From assembly GCA_045637945.1 (NCBI GenBank), contig JAZUAI010000030.1, forward strand, positions 1 to 53,710: a stretch of DNA of 53,710 nucleotides, in the 5' to 3' direction. Position numbers and translations under genes: made by a program. Positions 39,322 to 48,380 of this stretch are shown here, in pieces; positions within the stretch are counted from its first letter, which is position 1; each line of letters starts with the position of its first letter. The stretch is from Clostridia bacterium. Its GTDB lineage: Bacteria; Bacillota; Clostridia; Christensenellales; UBA1242. A model generated the notes under the pieces. The model was not told where the DNA came from, did not search any database, and worked only from the letters and a program-made list of their open reading frames with translations.

Positions 39322-39828
39322 TTATCTCCTATTTTTTAATTGATTAAATGGATTATCTAAATCTTCTAGTTCATCCATTAAAGCATCACAATTGCAGGTA
39401 GAAAAATTTTTGTTTTTTCCACATACTGCACACAAACCTTTGCAATCATCTTTACACAACATTTTTGTTGGAATGTTTAATAATAAATTGTCTGTAACAG
39501 GTTTGTCAATTTCCACACAAACTTGTTTTATAAGATAGTCTTCTTCGGTATGAGATTCATACTGCTCTAAAAACTTTTCTGACAAATCAAATTGTATGTC
39601 TTTTTCAAAACTTTCGCCACAATTGTCACAAACCACAAGTAATTTAAAATTAACTTTTGCATCAATATCCAACTTATCGTTTTGATAGTTCATAGTTCCT
39701 TTTACAGTTACTGGGGTTAAAAACTGATAATTTCTATCTTCTATCAAATCATTATCAAGTGGAAATTCAACATCAAAGTTAATATCTTTGCCTTGTTCGG
39801 TCTTTGCCTTAATAATATTTAACAACAT
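39322..39828 (-). CDS. yceD: YceD/DUF177 family protein
   Basis: 168 aa and acidic. Cys pairs CDNCGE ... CKGLCAVCG. Conserved position upstream of rpmF. Confidence 0.85.
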   Translation of the reverse strand: MLLNIIKAKTEQGKDINFDVEFPLDNDLIEDRNYQFLTPVTVKGTMNYQNDKLDIDAKVNFKLLVVCDNCGESFEKDIQFDLSEKFLEQYESHTEEDYLIKQVCVEIDKPVTDNLLLNIPTKMLCKDDCKGLCAVCGKNKNFSTCNCDALMDELEDLDNPFNQLKNRR

Positions 39829-39837
39829 AGCACAAGT

Positions 39838-39866
39838 ATTATAATAAGTTAATCAACTTTTGTCAA
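39838..39866 (-). promoter_or_regulatory. SigmaA-type promoter of yceD-rpmF (apparently leaderless)
   Basis: TTGACA-17 nt-TATAAT. Only 9 nt separate the -10 hexamer from the yceD ATG, and there is no SD. Confidence 0.55.
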
Positions 39867-39987
39867 TGGTTTTTTAATGTGATTTTTAATTAAAACAAAC
39901 ATTTAAAATAGTTATTTTTTTATAATTATTTAAACTTATTTGTATATACCTAAAATAATTTTTTAATTTAACATCAAATTAATATTA

Positions 39988-40022
39988 TAAAAAAAGATGA
40001 GAATGCAACTCTCATCTTTTTT
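39988..40022 (-). terminator. Intrinsic terminator after tRNA-Ala
   Basis: AAAGATGAG/CTCATCTTT stem flanked by A- and T-runs. Confidence 0.75.
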
Positions 40023-40026
40023 GTCT

Positions 40027-40102
40027 TGGTGGAGATAACCGGGTTCGAACCGGTGACCTTTTGAATGCCATTCAAACGCGCTACCAACTGCGCCATACCC
40101 CC
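40027..40102 (-). tRNA. tRNA-Ala (anticodon GGC)
   Basis: 76 nt cloverleaf, GGGGGUAUGGCGCAGUUGGUAGCGCG...CCA. Anticodon stem UUUGA/UCAAA, loop AUGGCAU. Has the G3:U70 alanine identity pair and an encoded CCA. Confidence 0.93.
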
Positions 40103-40127
40103 GCAAAATTATTTAATTTACAAGGCG

Positions 40128-40156
40128 ATTATATATTAAAAAAAACTAAAATGCAA
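40128..40156 (-). promoter_or_regulatory. SigmaA-type promoter of tRNA-Ala(GGC)
   Basis: TTGCAT-17 nt-TATAAT. The -35 hexamer lies inside the 3' arm of the sigF terminator hairpin. Confidence 0.5.
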
Positions 40157-40178
40157 CATATTTTTGTTGGTTGCATTT
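40138..40178 (-). terminator. Intrinsic terminator after sigF
   Basis: AAATGCAAC/GTTGCATTT stem followed by UAGUUUUUUUU. The 5' arm touches the sigF stop codon. Confidence 0.7.
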
Positions 40179-40903
40179 CAGTCTTTGATCTTATTTTTTA
40201 TTTTTGTAAGTATTTTGTTTTCTAGCCTACTAACCTGCACTTGTGACACATTTAATATTTGCGCCACCTCACTTTGGGTTTTATCTCTAAAATATCTAAG
40301 CATTATAAGTTTTTTATCTTTATCCTCAAGAGATTTAATTGCATCAATTAAAACCATTTTATCTACAAGTGCCGAAACTTCATCAAAATTAACTAGTTTA
40401 TCTAATACTATTTGTCCGTTTGAACTTTCTTTATCCAAAGACTCATAAATTGAAACCGGCATTCTTGCTGATTCTAAAATAAACATAACTTCTGGTTCTT
40501 CTATATTAAATTTTTCTGCTAATTGTTTTGTAGTTGGAGTTTCGCCAGTTCTTAATCTTATTTCATCAATATACTTTTGCATAATATAGTATTGCCCTTT
40601 TATTGAACGAGAAACTTTTATTGAACCATCATCTCGTAAAAAACGCTTAATTTCACCTGCAATCATTGGAACTGCATATGTGGAAAACTTTACATTAAAA
40701 GAAACATCAAAGTTATTTATGGCTTTTACAAACCCCACACAGCCCAATTGGTATAAATCATCATACTCTACGCCCTTATTTTTGTATCTTCTAACAATAC
40801 TTTTAACTAAAGGAGAATTATGCTGTATTAAACTTTCTTTTGCCTTTTCATCACCTTTCTTTGCCTTTTGTAACAATATTAAAGTTTGTTCATAGTCAAG
40901 CAC
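40178..40903 (-). CDS. sigF: Sporulation sigma factor SigF
   Basis: 241 aa with a GTG start. VKFSTYAVPMIAGEIKRFLRDDGSIKVSRSIK is nearly identical to the B. subtilis SigF region 2/3. Follows spoIIAA and spoIIAB. Confidence 0.88.
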   Translation of the reverse strand: MLDYEQTLILLQKAKKGDEKAKESLIQHNSPLVKSIVRRYKNKGVEYDDLYQLGCVGFVKAINNFDVSFNVKFSTYAVPMIAGEIKRFLRDDGSIKVSRSIKGQYYIMQKYIDEIRLRTGETPTTKQLAEKFNIEEPEVMFILESARMPVSIYESLDKESSNGQIVLDKLVNFDEVSALVDKMVLIDAIKSLEDKDKKLIMLRYFRDKTQSEVAQILNVSQVQVSRLENKILTKIKNKIKD

Positions 40904-40915
40904 AAAAATCTCCTT

Positions 40916-41389
40916 TTAATTTATACTTGTAACTTTTTCACTATTTTGATTTTTTATCTTCTTTTTCATTGTTACTTTTAAACCACCACTACTGTAGTTT
41001 GAAACTTCTACACTATCCATAAAACTTTCCATAACAGTAAAACCCATACCACTGCGTTCTTCATTTGGTTTGGTTGTATAAAAAGGTTTTTTAGCTTCTT
41101 CTAAGTTTTGTATTCCTATACCAAAATCAATAACTTCTATAGAAAGTGTATTATCTTTTAAAAGGTCAGCTTTTATTAAAATTTCACCTGGATTTGCTTC
41201 TGGATAAGCATGCACAATACTATTAGTAACAGCCTCTGACACTGCTGTTTTTATATCTGTAAGTTCATCTAGGCTTGGATTTAGTTGCAAGCAAAAACCT
41301 GCTACGCTGGCTCTAACAAAACTTTCATTTACAGATAATGCTTTAACCTTTAATTCCATTTGATTTAATACTTGTAAGTTTTCAACCAT
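40916..41389 (-). CDS. spoIIAB: Anti-sigma F factor / serine kinase SpoIIAB
   Basis: 157 aa. LSVNESFVRASVAGFCLQLNPSLDELTDIKTAVSEAVTNSIVHAY closely parallels B. subtilis SpoIIAB. Confidence 0.88.
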   Translation of the reverse strand: MVENLQVLNQMELKVKALSVNESFVRASVAGFCLQLNPSLDELTDIKTAVSEAVTNSIVHAYPEANPGEILIKADLLKDNTLSIEVIDFGIGIQNLEEAKKPFYTTKPNEERSGMGFTVMESFMDSVEVSNYSSGGLKVTMKKKIKNQNSEKVTSIN

Positions 41390-41416
41390 ATTGCTTATTC
41401 TCCTTATTTTTCATAT

Positions 41417-41725
41417 CTATGATATCTTAGGCATTATTTCGTATAAGCCTGTTAATTTAAAAATTTTCTCTGCATGATAAGATGGGTTTGTAATAAATAT
41501 ACTTACCCCCTTAGTTTTCATTTTTTTGTATCTACCAATTAAAACACCTATGCCCGTGCTATCCATAAATGTTAATTCTGACAAATCAATAATAATTTGT
41601 TTTGATATGGTAGACATAAATACTTCATCAAGTCTTTTACTTGTAAACTTTGCAGAATGTTCATCAAGTTCTCCATCAAGCATTACATATAAAACATTAT
41701 TATAGTTTCTATATTTAATTTCCAT
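41417..41725 (-). CDS. spoIIAA: Anti-anti-sigma F factor SpoIIAA (STAS domain)
   Basis: 102 aa STAS domain with the phosphorylatable FMDSTGIGVL motif. Confidence 0.85.
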   Translation of the reverse strand: MEIKYRNYNNVLYVMLDGELDEHSAKFTSKRLDEVFMSTISKQIIIDLSELTFMDSTGIGVLIGRYKKMKTKGVSIFITNPSYHAEKIFKLTGLYEIMPKIS

Positions 41726-41929
41726 TTATATAAACATCTCCTCTTTAAACCAAAGTTGATAATTTTATTTTATAAGTATTTAAATGAACATATTTGCTAT
41801 TTTGTAAGAGTTTTGTCTTTTTTTGGCTTTTACAATATAAAGCAAAAAGCCATACACCCTTTTATTTATGCTAATTTTAGCCCTTAAAAAATTTTTCAAA
41901 AAATTTATTAATTTTTTTTAATTTTTTTG

Positions 41930-41958
41930 TTGACATATTGTCAAAGTTATTGTAATAT
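41930..41958 (+). promoter_or_regulatory. SigmaA-type promoter of the six-tRNA operon with A/T-rich UP-like region
   Basis: TTGACA-17 nt-TAATAT, 18 nt before tRNA-Pro. Preceded by about 45 nt of A/T tracts. Confidence 0.65.
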
Positions 41959-41975
41959 TTAAAAGCATTGTTGAA

Positions 41976-42051
41976 CGGGGTGTAGCGCAGTTGGTAGCGC
42001 ACGTGGTTTGGGACCATGGGGCCGGGAGTTCGAGTCTCTTCACCCCGACCA
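41976..42051 (+). tRNA. tRNA-Pro (anticodon UGG)
   Basis: 76 nt. Acceptor CGGGGUG/CACCCCG, anticodon loop UUUGGGA, T-loop GUUCGAGU, encoded CCA. Confidence 0.93.
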
Positions 42052-42090
42052 AATGTTTTAAATACCCTTTTAAAACAAAAATGCAAGTTT

Positions 42091-42167
42091 GGGCCTTTAG
42101 CTCAGTTGGTTAGAGCAACCGGCTCATAACCGGTCGGTCCGGGGTTCAAGTCCCTGAAGGCCCACCA
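42091..42167 (+). tRNA. tRNA with anticodon CAU (elongator Met or lysidine-modified Ile2; not an initiator)
   Basis: 77 nt. Anticodon stem ACCGG/CCGGU, loop CUCAUAA. G1:C72 and the lack of a GGG/CCC anticodon stem argue against fMet. C4:G69 and C5:G68 are as in E. coli tRNA-Ile2. Confidence 0.88.
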
Positions 42168-42224
42168 ATTTCTTAAGTATCCTTTTCGGGTTTAAGATAC
42201 AAAAGAAAAACCTATCACCTATTT

Positions 42225-42301
42225 GGCTCGGTAGTTCAGTTGGTTAGAACGCCGCCCTGTCACGGCGGAGGTCGAGAGTTCGAGTCTCTTCCGAGTCGCC
42301 A
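42225..42301 (+). tRNA. tRNA-Asp (anticodon GUC)
   Basis: 77 nt. Anticodon stem CCGCC/GGCGG, loop CUGUCAC. Encoded CCA. Confidence 0.93.
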
Positions 42302-42327
42302 TTACGATGTAAATCGTAAACCCGCAA

Positions 42328-42403
<76 letters not shown>

Positions 42404-42474
42404 ATACTAGCCACTTTCCTTTCAAAGTTGCTAGTGTTGCAAAAATATTTTTTTAGTGGACTTTCCCACTTTAT

Positions 42475-42549
<75 letters not shown>

Positions 42550-42615
42550 GTCATGGTAATATTCCACCCAAAATACTATCTCGGTAGTATTACCACCAAT
42601 ATTATCGTGGCATTT

Positions 42616-42700
42616 GGGTAGGTTGCAGAGCGGTCAAATGCAACGGACTGTAAATCCGTCGTCTCCGACTTCGGTGGTTCGAATCCACCCCTGCCCACCA
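42616..42700 (+). tRNA. tRNA-Tyr (anticodon GUA), long variable arm
   Basis: 85 nt. Anticodon stem ACGGA/UCCGU, loop CUGUAAA. Has an extra arm (type II) and an encoded CCA. Confidence 0.92.
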
Positions 42701-42710
42701 TAAAAAAATT

Positions 42711-42746
42711 AAACCTTACTAACTTTAGTAAGGTTTTTATTTTTTA
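42711..42746 (+). terminator. Intrinsic terminator of the tRNA operon
   Basis: AAACCTTACTA/TAGTAAGGTTT stem followed by TTTATTTTTT. Confidence 0.8.
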
Positions 42747-42761
42747 TATATGTATTAAAAA

Positions 42762-42802
42762 CAAAAAACTCTTCTTCCCTTTTTTATTGAGACAGAAGAG
42801 TT
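42762..42802 (-). terminator. Intrinsic terminator after tyrS
   Basis: AACTCTTCT/AGAAGAGTT stem with an 18-nt loop, followed by a U-run on the minus strand. Confidence 0.6.
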
Positions 42803-42817
42803 TTTTTATTTTTCTTA

Positions 42818-44044
42818 TTAAGCTTTTAAAATTGCTTTATGGAAAATCTTTTTGCCTTTTCTAATTTTAATTCCTTCAACTAATTCTTCTTTTGTGTATG
42901 TTTGATCAGGAGTTGCAATCTTTTGTTCGTTAACAGTAACGCCACCTTGTTGAATCAATCTTCTAATCTCACCTTTGCTTGTTCCTAATTTGCAAGCAAC
43001 TAAAAGATCAACAACGTTAATTTTTCCATCAACTAAAACAGATTCTTCTAATTCTGTTGTAGGCATATTTTCATCATCACCTTTACCTGAGAAAAGTGAA
43101 ATTGAAAGTTCTTTTGCTTTTTTTGCTTCTTCTTCGCCATGAACAAGTGATGTTAATTCAAAAGCTAAAATATCTTTCTTTTCGTTAATTCTATTATCTT
43201 CCCAAGTTTCCATTTTTTCAATTTCTTCAATAGGAATAAATGTTAACATTTTAATGCATTTCATAACATCATCATCACTAACATTTCTCCAGTATTGGTA
43301 AAACTCAAATGGGCTAGTTTTGTTAGGATCAAGCCAAACAGCACCTTTAGCTGTTTTGCCCATTTTCTTTCCTTCACTATTTAAAAGCAAAGTAATTGTC
43401 ATAGCAAAAGCATCTTTGCCTTCTTTTTTTCTAATAAGGTTTGTTCCTGCAAGCATATTGCTCCATTGGTCATCACCACCAAATTGCATATTGCAACCGT
43501 AGTTTTTATTTAAGTACCAAAAGTCATATGATTGCATAATCATGTAGTTAAATTCAAAGAAACTTAAACCCCTTTCCATTCTTTGCTTGTAACACTCTGC
43601 TCTTAACATATTGTTAACTGAGAAACAAGCACCAACTTCTCTTAACATATCAACATATTTTAAGTTCATAAGCCAATCAGCATTGTTTACAATAATAGCT
43701 TGGTCTTCACCAAATGTAATAAATTTTTCAATCTGTTTTTTAAAACAATCACAATTATGTTTAATTGTTTCTTCAGTCATCATAGCTCTCATATCTGTTC
43801 TGCCCGATGGATCACCAATCATACCTGTTCCACCACCAAGCAATACAACTGGTTTGTTTCCTGCCATTTGCAATCTTTTCATAAGACACAAAGCCATAAA
43901 GTGACCTACGTGCAATGAATCTGCTGTAGGATCAAAACCAATGTAGAATTTAGCACCGCCATTATTTATTAAATCTTTAATTTCTTTTTCGTCAGTAACT
44001 TGTGCAATAAGTCCTCTTGCTTGCAATTCTTCAAAAATTTTCAT
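42818..44044 (-). CDS. tyrS: Tyrosyl-tRNA synthetase
   Basis: MKIFEELQARGLIAQVTD, HIGH-type motif LHVGH, KMGKT (KMSKS), and a C-terminal S4 domain. The start is set at ATG 44044 after AAGGAAGGA; the 32-codon upstream extension in the ORF track runs into the T-box terminator. Confidence 0.93.
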   Translation of the reverse strand: MKIFEELQARGLIAQVTDEKEIKDLINNGGAKFYIGFDPTADSLHVGHFMALCLMKRLQMAGNKPVVLLGGGTGMIGDPSGRTDMRAMMTEETIKHNCDCFKKQIEKFITFGEDQAIIVNNADWLMNLKYVDMLREVGACFSVNNMLRAECYKQRMERGLSFFEFNYMIMQSYDFWYLNKNYGCNMQFGGDDQWSNMLAGTNLIRKKEGKDAFAMTITLLLNSEGKKMGKTAKGAVWLDPNKTSPFEFYQYWRNVSDDDVMKCIKMLTFIPIEEIEKMETWEDNRINEKKDILAFELTSLVHGEEEAKKAKELSISLFSGKGDDENMPTTELEESVLVDGKINVVDLLVACKLGTSKGEIRRLIQQGGVTVNEQKIATPDQTYTKEELVEGIKIRKGKKIFHKAILKA

Positions 44045-44357
44045 AATAATTCCTTCCTTTTTTATAATAAAAAAGCCCCTGCTCTTCTTAAAAAGAAAGA
44101 ACAGAGGACGAATGGGCTTATATCCGTGGTACCACCTCATAGTTTAAACAACTTCTCACAAAGTTGTTCCTTATCGTGTCAAAACAACACACAATGCTAT
44201 ATCGGGCATACCCGTCAAACTCTAATCAGTTTTAACCTTTCAAGTTGCAACTCTGGAATGTATTCAATTTAAAGTGTTTTATTCTCTTTCACCAACCGAG
44301 AACTCTCTGAAAAACAGTTTTAAACCTACTTGTTTCCTTCATAGTCTTAATATTTAC
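44045..44357 (-). promoter_or_regulatory. T-box leader (riboswitch) of tyrS, candidate specifier UAC (Tyr)
   Basis: On the minus strand: CAGAGAG, GGUUGGUGAAA distal loop, and UGAA-UAC-A (UAC = plus 44260-44262). The T-box core GAGGUGGUACCACGG (plus 44124-44136) is followed by a GC-containing hairpin and UUUUUU just before the RBS. Confidence 0.85.
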
Positions 44358-44363
44358 ATAAAG

Positions 44364-44392
44364 ATATTAACAAAATAATAATTTAAAATCAA
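44364..44392 (-). promoter_or_regulatory. Candidate promoter of tyrS T-box leader
   Basis: TTGATT-17 nt-TAATAT on the minus strand. Confidence 0.45.
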
Positions 44393-44420
44393 GTCTATTT
44401 TTTAAATTTTGTTTAAAAAA

Positions 44421-45164
44421 TTATTCTTCTTCATCTTCTTCTGGCAAATTTACATTATGATAAACGTTTTGAACATCGTCTAAACCTTCCAAAGCATCAA
44501 CCATTTTATTAAATGTTGCTAATTGGTTTTCATCTAAATCAACATAGTTTTGAGGAATCATTGTAACTTCTGTTGATAAGAATACCAATCCTTGAGCTTC
44601 TAATGCTTCTTTAACTTTTGTAAAGTCACTTGGAGAAGTTAAAATTTGATAAACATCACCATCATTTACAACATCTTCTGCTTCTGCTTCTAAGCACATA
44701 TCAATAAGTTTTTCTTCATCAACACTTGGTGTATTTTCTAAAATTAAAACACCTTTGTTATCAAATAAGTATGATACACAGCCTAATGAACCTAAACTAC
44801 CATTGTGCTTATCAAAAGCATGTCTTACATCGCCAGCAGTTCTATTTTTATTGTCAGTTAGGCATTTAACAATAACAGCACTTCCACCAACGCCATAACC
44901 TTCATAAGTTGATTCTTCATAGTTTACTGCGTTTAATTCTCCACTTGCCTTTTTAATACTTCTTTGAATATTATCGTTTGGCATATTGTTTTGTTTTGCT
45001 TTTGAAATTATATCTCTTAATTTAGCATTACTATTTGGATCTGGGCCACCAAGTTTAACAGCAACTGCAATTTCCCTACCTATTTTTGTAAATATTTTAC
45101 CTCTTGCAGCATCTGCTTTATTTTTTGTTGCTTGAATATTGTGCCATTTTGAATGTCCTGACAT
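44421..45164 (-). CDS. yebC: YebC/PmpR family DNA-binding regulator
   Basis: 247 aa. Starts [27 protein letters not shown]. Confidence 0.92.
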   Translation of the reverse strand: MSGHSKWHNIQATKNKADAARGKIFTKIGREIAVAVKLGGPDPNSNAKLRDIISKAKQNNMPNDNIQRSIKKASGELNAVNYEESTYEGYGVGGSAVIVKCLTDNKNRTAGDVRHAFDKHNGSLGSLGCVSYLFDNKGVLILENTPSVDEEKLIDMCLEAEAEDVVNDGDVYQILTSPSDFTKVKEALEAQGLVFLSTEVTMIPQNYVDLDENQLATFNKMVDALEGLDDVQNVYHNVNLPEEDEEE

Positions 45165-45183
45165 AGTTTTAAATTTCTCCTTT

Positions 45184-46041
45184 TTAAACTTTTGTATTGT
45201 TATATATATCTTTTAATAAATTTGCATCTTCAGCCTGACAACCACGAGATTCGCAAATAATAACAGGTTGAAGTTCATATTTTTTTAATACTTTTGCAAG
45301 TGGCTCAAATTCAGGGCCATACTCAGTATCTTCCATGGTTAGGTGTTTAATTTCACCTTTAGCACCATACATAATCTTTGAAAAATGTATATGTACTTTT
45401 TTTACTTTATCTATACCTAATTTGTCAATTAAATATTTTATTATTTCTTCAAAATCTTTTTCGGTTTTAAGTTTGCCTTGCATTAAAGAATTTATGTGAC
45501 CGAAATCTAATGTAGGAACAAGATAATCAGCATATGTGCAAATTTCAGCAATTTCTTTATAAGTTCCAAGCTGTTGACTCTTTCCCATTGTTTCTGGGCA
45601 TAAAAGCATCCCTGACATGTCAATACCAGATTCATCAATTCTTTTTACAAGTTCTTTCATTCTTTTCTTTAAAAGATTAAAAGATTCTTCCCTAGTTAAC
45701 TTTCCGCAAGTTCCTGGATGAAAAACACATCTTGTTCCTTGCATCTCTTTTAAATATTTTAAACTCGTTAAAATATAGTTATAAGACTTTTCAACAAATT
45801 CATCGTCTGGATTTGCTAAGTTTATATAGTAAGGAGCATGCACACTGAGAGAAATATTATTTTCCTTACATTTTTCACCTAAAGTTTTGGCAACAAACTC
45901 ACTTATTGTAAACCCGTGAGAAAATGAATATTCATATGCATCTAAATCGCGATTTTTTAGCCATCTAGGCGCGTCAAGGCTACTTTTGAAACCTTGATCG
46001 TAAAACAAATCGCTGTTGCCAGAAGGGCCAAATTTAATCAT
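45184..46041 (-). CDS. Endonuclease IV-like (AP endonuclease family 2 / xylose-isomerase-like TIM barrel) protein
   Basis: 285 aa. The motif order [10 protein letters not shown] ... FHPG ... PETMGK ... DFGH ... HIHFS resembles the Nfo metal-ligand pattern. Confidence 0.6.
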   Translation of the reverse strand: MIKFGPSGNSDLFYDQGFKSSLDAPRWLKNRDLDAYEYSFSHGFTISEFVAKTLGEKCKENNISLSVHAPYYINLANPDDEFVEKSYNYILTSLKYLKEMQGTRCVFHPGTCGKLTREESFNLLKKRMKELVKRIDESGIDMSGMLLCPETMGKSQQLGTYKEIAEICTYADYLVPTLDFGHINSLMQGKLKTEKDFEEIIKYLIDKLGIDKVKKVHIHFSKIMYGAKGEIKHLTMEDTEYGPEFEPLAKVLKKYELQPVIICESRGCQAEDANLLKDIYNNTKV

Positions 46042-46074
46042 TATTATTGCCTCCTTTTAGGATTATTTTCAATT

Positions 46075-46938
46075 TTAATTATCTGCTAAAAAAGTTTTTA
46101 ATGTAAATTGATTATCTTTTTTTATTCCAATTCCTATAACTTTTTCTTCACAATAAACAGCACAGTCTATTCCTTCTCTAACTTCAATATCTATTAAAGG
46201 CAAACCATTTAATAATCTTTGAAATTGTTGAGAAGATATATTAACACTGTCAAAATCAGATAAAACTTCTTCTAAAGGCATTAAATTTTTGATTATTACT
46301 TCTTTTGTTAATGTGGAATAATCAACAGAATTTTCTATTTCAAACTTACCAGATTTTGTTCTTATTAAATTTGTCATAGTTGCGCAACTATCAACAAAAT
46401 TACCCAAGTCTCTAGCAAGAGATCTAATATAAGTTCCTGCAGAACAAGTAATTAAAAACTCAAAAGTATTTTCATCTATTTGATTTAAAACTTGATAATC
46501 AAAAATAGTAACTTTGCATGGTGCAAGATCTATTTTTGCCCCTTGCCTTGCCAAATCATAAGCTTTTTTACCATCTATCTTTTTTGAAGAAAACATAGGA
46601 GGTATTTGGTCAATCTCTCCTATGAAACTTTTTACAGCACTATTTAATTCTTGCAATGTTGGTATTTTTTGTGAAGTTCTAATAACTTGACCTTCAAGAT
46701 CTAAAGTATCGGTTTCTTCGCCAAACTTAAATCTTGCAATATAAGTTTTTTGTTTCTTCAAAAAATAATCAAAAAGCCTTGTTGCTTTGCCAACGCAAAT
46801 TGGCAAAACACCTTGAGCAAGAGGATCTAAAGTTCCCATATGCCCAACTTTTTTTAAATTTAAAAGTTTTTTGATTTTAACTACAACATTTGAAGATGTT
46901 ACTTTTGCAGGCTTATTTATATTTATTATGCCTATCAT
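46075..46938 (-). CDS. truB: tRNA pseudouridine55 synthase
   Basis: 287 aa. Contains GHMGTLDPLAQGVLPI, the catalytic Asp motif. Confidence 0.93.
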   Translation of the reverse strand: MIGIININKPAKVTSSNVVVKIKKLLNLKKVGHMGTLDPLAQGVLPICVGKATRLFDYFLKKQKTYIARFKFGEETDTLDLEGQVIRTSQKIPTLQELNSAVKSFIGEIDQIPPMFSSKKIDGKKAYDLARQGAKIDLAPCKVTIFDYQVLNQIDENTFEFLITCSAGTYIRSLARDLGNFVDSCATMTNLIRTKSGKFEIENSVDYSTLTKEVIIKNLMPLEEVLSDFDSVNISSQQFQRLLNGLPLIDIEVREGIDCAVYCEEKVIGIGIKKDNQFTLKTFLADN

Positions 46939-46950
46939 TTGTTTTCCTTT

Positions 46951-47913
46951 TTACTTTTTGTTTGGATACTTATCAAGTTCTTCTTTACAACTTGAAAGAA
47001 TTTTTGCCAAAACTTCTTTGTAACTACCATTAGCTCTGCCACCAGCAGCTCTAATATGTCCGCCACCTTCAAAGTTTTTTGCAACATCGCAAACATTTGC
47101 ATATCTATTTGATCTAAAGCTTATTGTAAAGAAACCTTTTTCTTTTTCAATAACTTTAACTCTTATTTCATTACCCTCTACACCATCTAAAAATTGAAAT
47201 GATGCTGAGTTGTCACAAATTTTTTCAAATCTTTTATAAGATTTATAATTAAAAAATGTAACATAAACTTTTTCGTTTAAATAAGATTTTGTATTTCTTA
47301 AAGCAGATTTATAAAAATACAAATAATTTTTTTGTTTGTATTTAAACATATTATAATTTGCTTCTTGTAAATCAAAGTTATAATTTATAAGTTCATAAGC
47401 ATGTTTATGACTTAATTGATTTGTTGATGGATGTTGAAAACAACCAGTATCAGAAGATAAACCAGCATATAAGTTAAGTGCTATTTCTGAATTGATTGTT
47501 ACATCAAGATTTTTAATAACTTCATAAACCAAGTCAGCTGTGCTTGGTGAATTACTGTCAACATATTGATAATCAAATGGATAATTCATAGTTTGGTGAT
47601 GATCTATATTTACTTTAACTTTTGCTTTATCAAAATATTCACCATACTTACCCAATCTATCAAGTGAGTTACAGTCAAGCATAATGCAAACATCAACTTT
47701 TGCAATTTTTGAAGCTTTTTCTTCTAGTGGAATTTTTAAAAATGCTATATTGTTTGGAATTTTTCCATCACAAAAAGCATAAGCTTTTTTATTCATTTTT
47801 TTAAGTGCAAGCCTTAAAGCGTTTACCGAGCCAAGAGCATCAGCATCTGGACCGATGTGACAAAACAACGCAAATGTTTTGTTTTTGTTAATAATATCTA
47901 AAATCTCTTTCAT
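46951..47913 (-). CDS. nrnA: DHH/DHHA1 phosphoesterase (NrnA-like nanoRNase/pAp phosphatase)
   Basis: 320 aa. Contains HIGPDADALGS, DHH and GGGH motifs. Lies between rbfA and truB. Confidence 0.82.
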   Translation of the reverse strand: MKEILDIINKNKTFALFCHIGPDADALGSVNALRLALKKMNKKAYAFCDGKIPNNIAFLKIPLEEKASKIAKVDVCIMLDCNSLDRLGKYGEYFDKAKVKVNIDHHQTMNYPFDYQYVDSNSPSTADLVYEVIKNLDVTINSEIALNLYAGLSSDTGCFQHPSTNQLSHKHAYELINYNFDLQEANYNMFKYKQKNYLYFYKSALRNTKSYLNEKVYVTFFNYKSYKRFEKICDNSASFQFLDGVEGNEIRVKVIEKEKGFFTISFRSNRYANVCDVAKNFEGGGHIRAAGGRANGSYKEVLAKILSSCKEELDKYPNKK

Positions 47914-47985
47914 ACTTTCCTCTTAATTTTAAAAATAAATTTGAAGGTAGAATTTATTTTTGAACTATAAACAACAAAATTTTTG

Positions 47986-48342
47986 TTAATTGTTGTTATC
48001 ATCATCTATCTTTATTGAACTGATGATATTGTTTATTTTTTGGCTGTATTCAGCACTTGTGTCAAGTTCAAAATCTAAACTTGGAACACATCTAAATTCA
48101 ATTTTTGAAGCAAGTATTTTACGTATATAACCACTTGCTGATTTTATTGCTTCTAAAATTTCTTTACTTCCATCTTTGTTATAAATGCTTAAAAATACTT
48201 TTGCATATTTCAAATCTGGAGTTGTTGAAACTGTTGAAACTGATATGATCCCTTTTATTCTTGGATCATTAACATCATTGTTTATGATGTCACTTAAATA
48301 TCTTTGTAGTAAAGAGTTTACTTTTTCAATTCTATTACTCAT
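47986..48342 (-). CDS. rbfA: Ribosome-binding factor A
   Basis: 118 aa. Contains RIEKVNSLLQRYLSDII...DPR. Lies downstream of infB. Confidence 0.9.
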   Translation of the reverse strand: MSNRIEKVNSLLQRYLSDIINNDVNDPRIKGIISVSTVSTTPDLKYAKVFLSIYNKDGSKEILEAIKSASGYIRKILASKIEFRCVPSLDFELDTSAEYSQKINNIISSIKIDDDNNN

Positions 48343-48380
48343 AAAACTACTTCTCCTTCTTCACAACTAATTAAACCAAA

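Noticed and set aside
40178-41725. Alternative reading of the three-gene operon as rsbV-rsbW-sigB.
   Set aside because: The kinase and sigma sequences track B. subtilis SpoIIAB and SigF closely (NESFVRASVAGF..., VKFSTYAVPMIAGEIKRFLRDDGSIKVSRS). A YtxC-like sporulation gene is also present in the window.
44045-44140. N-terminal extensions in the ORF track for tyrS (also rimP 53195-53290, nusA 52713-52751, hslU 12966-12983, rplS 20129-20143 and iscR 11063-11080).
   Set aside because: The extensions run through T-box or leader structures, or through the genes' own RBSs. The internal ATGs have proper SD spacing and give N-termini that match the conserved families.
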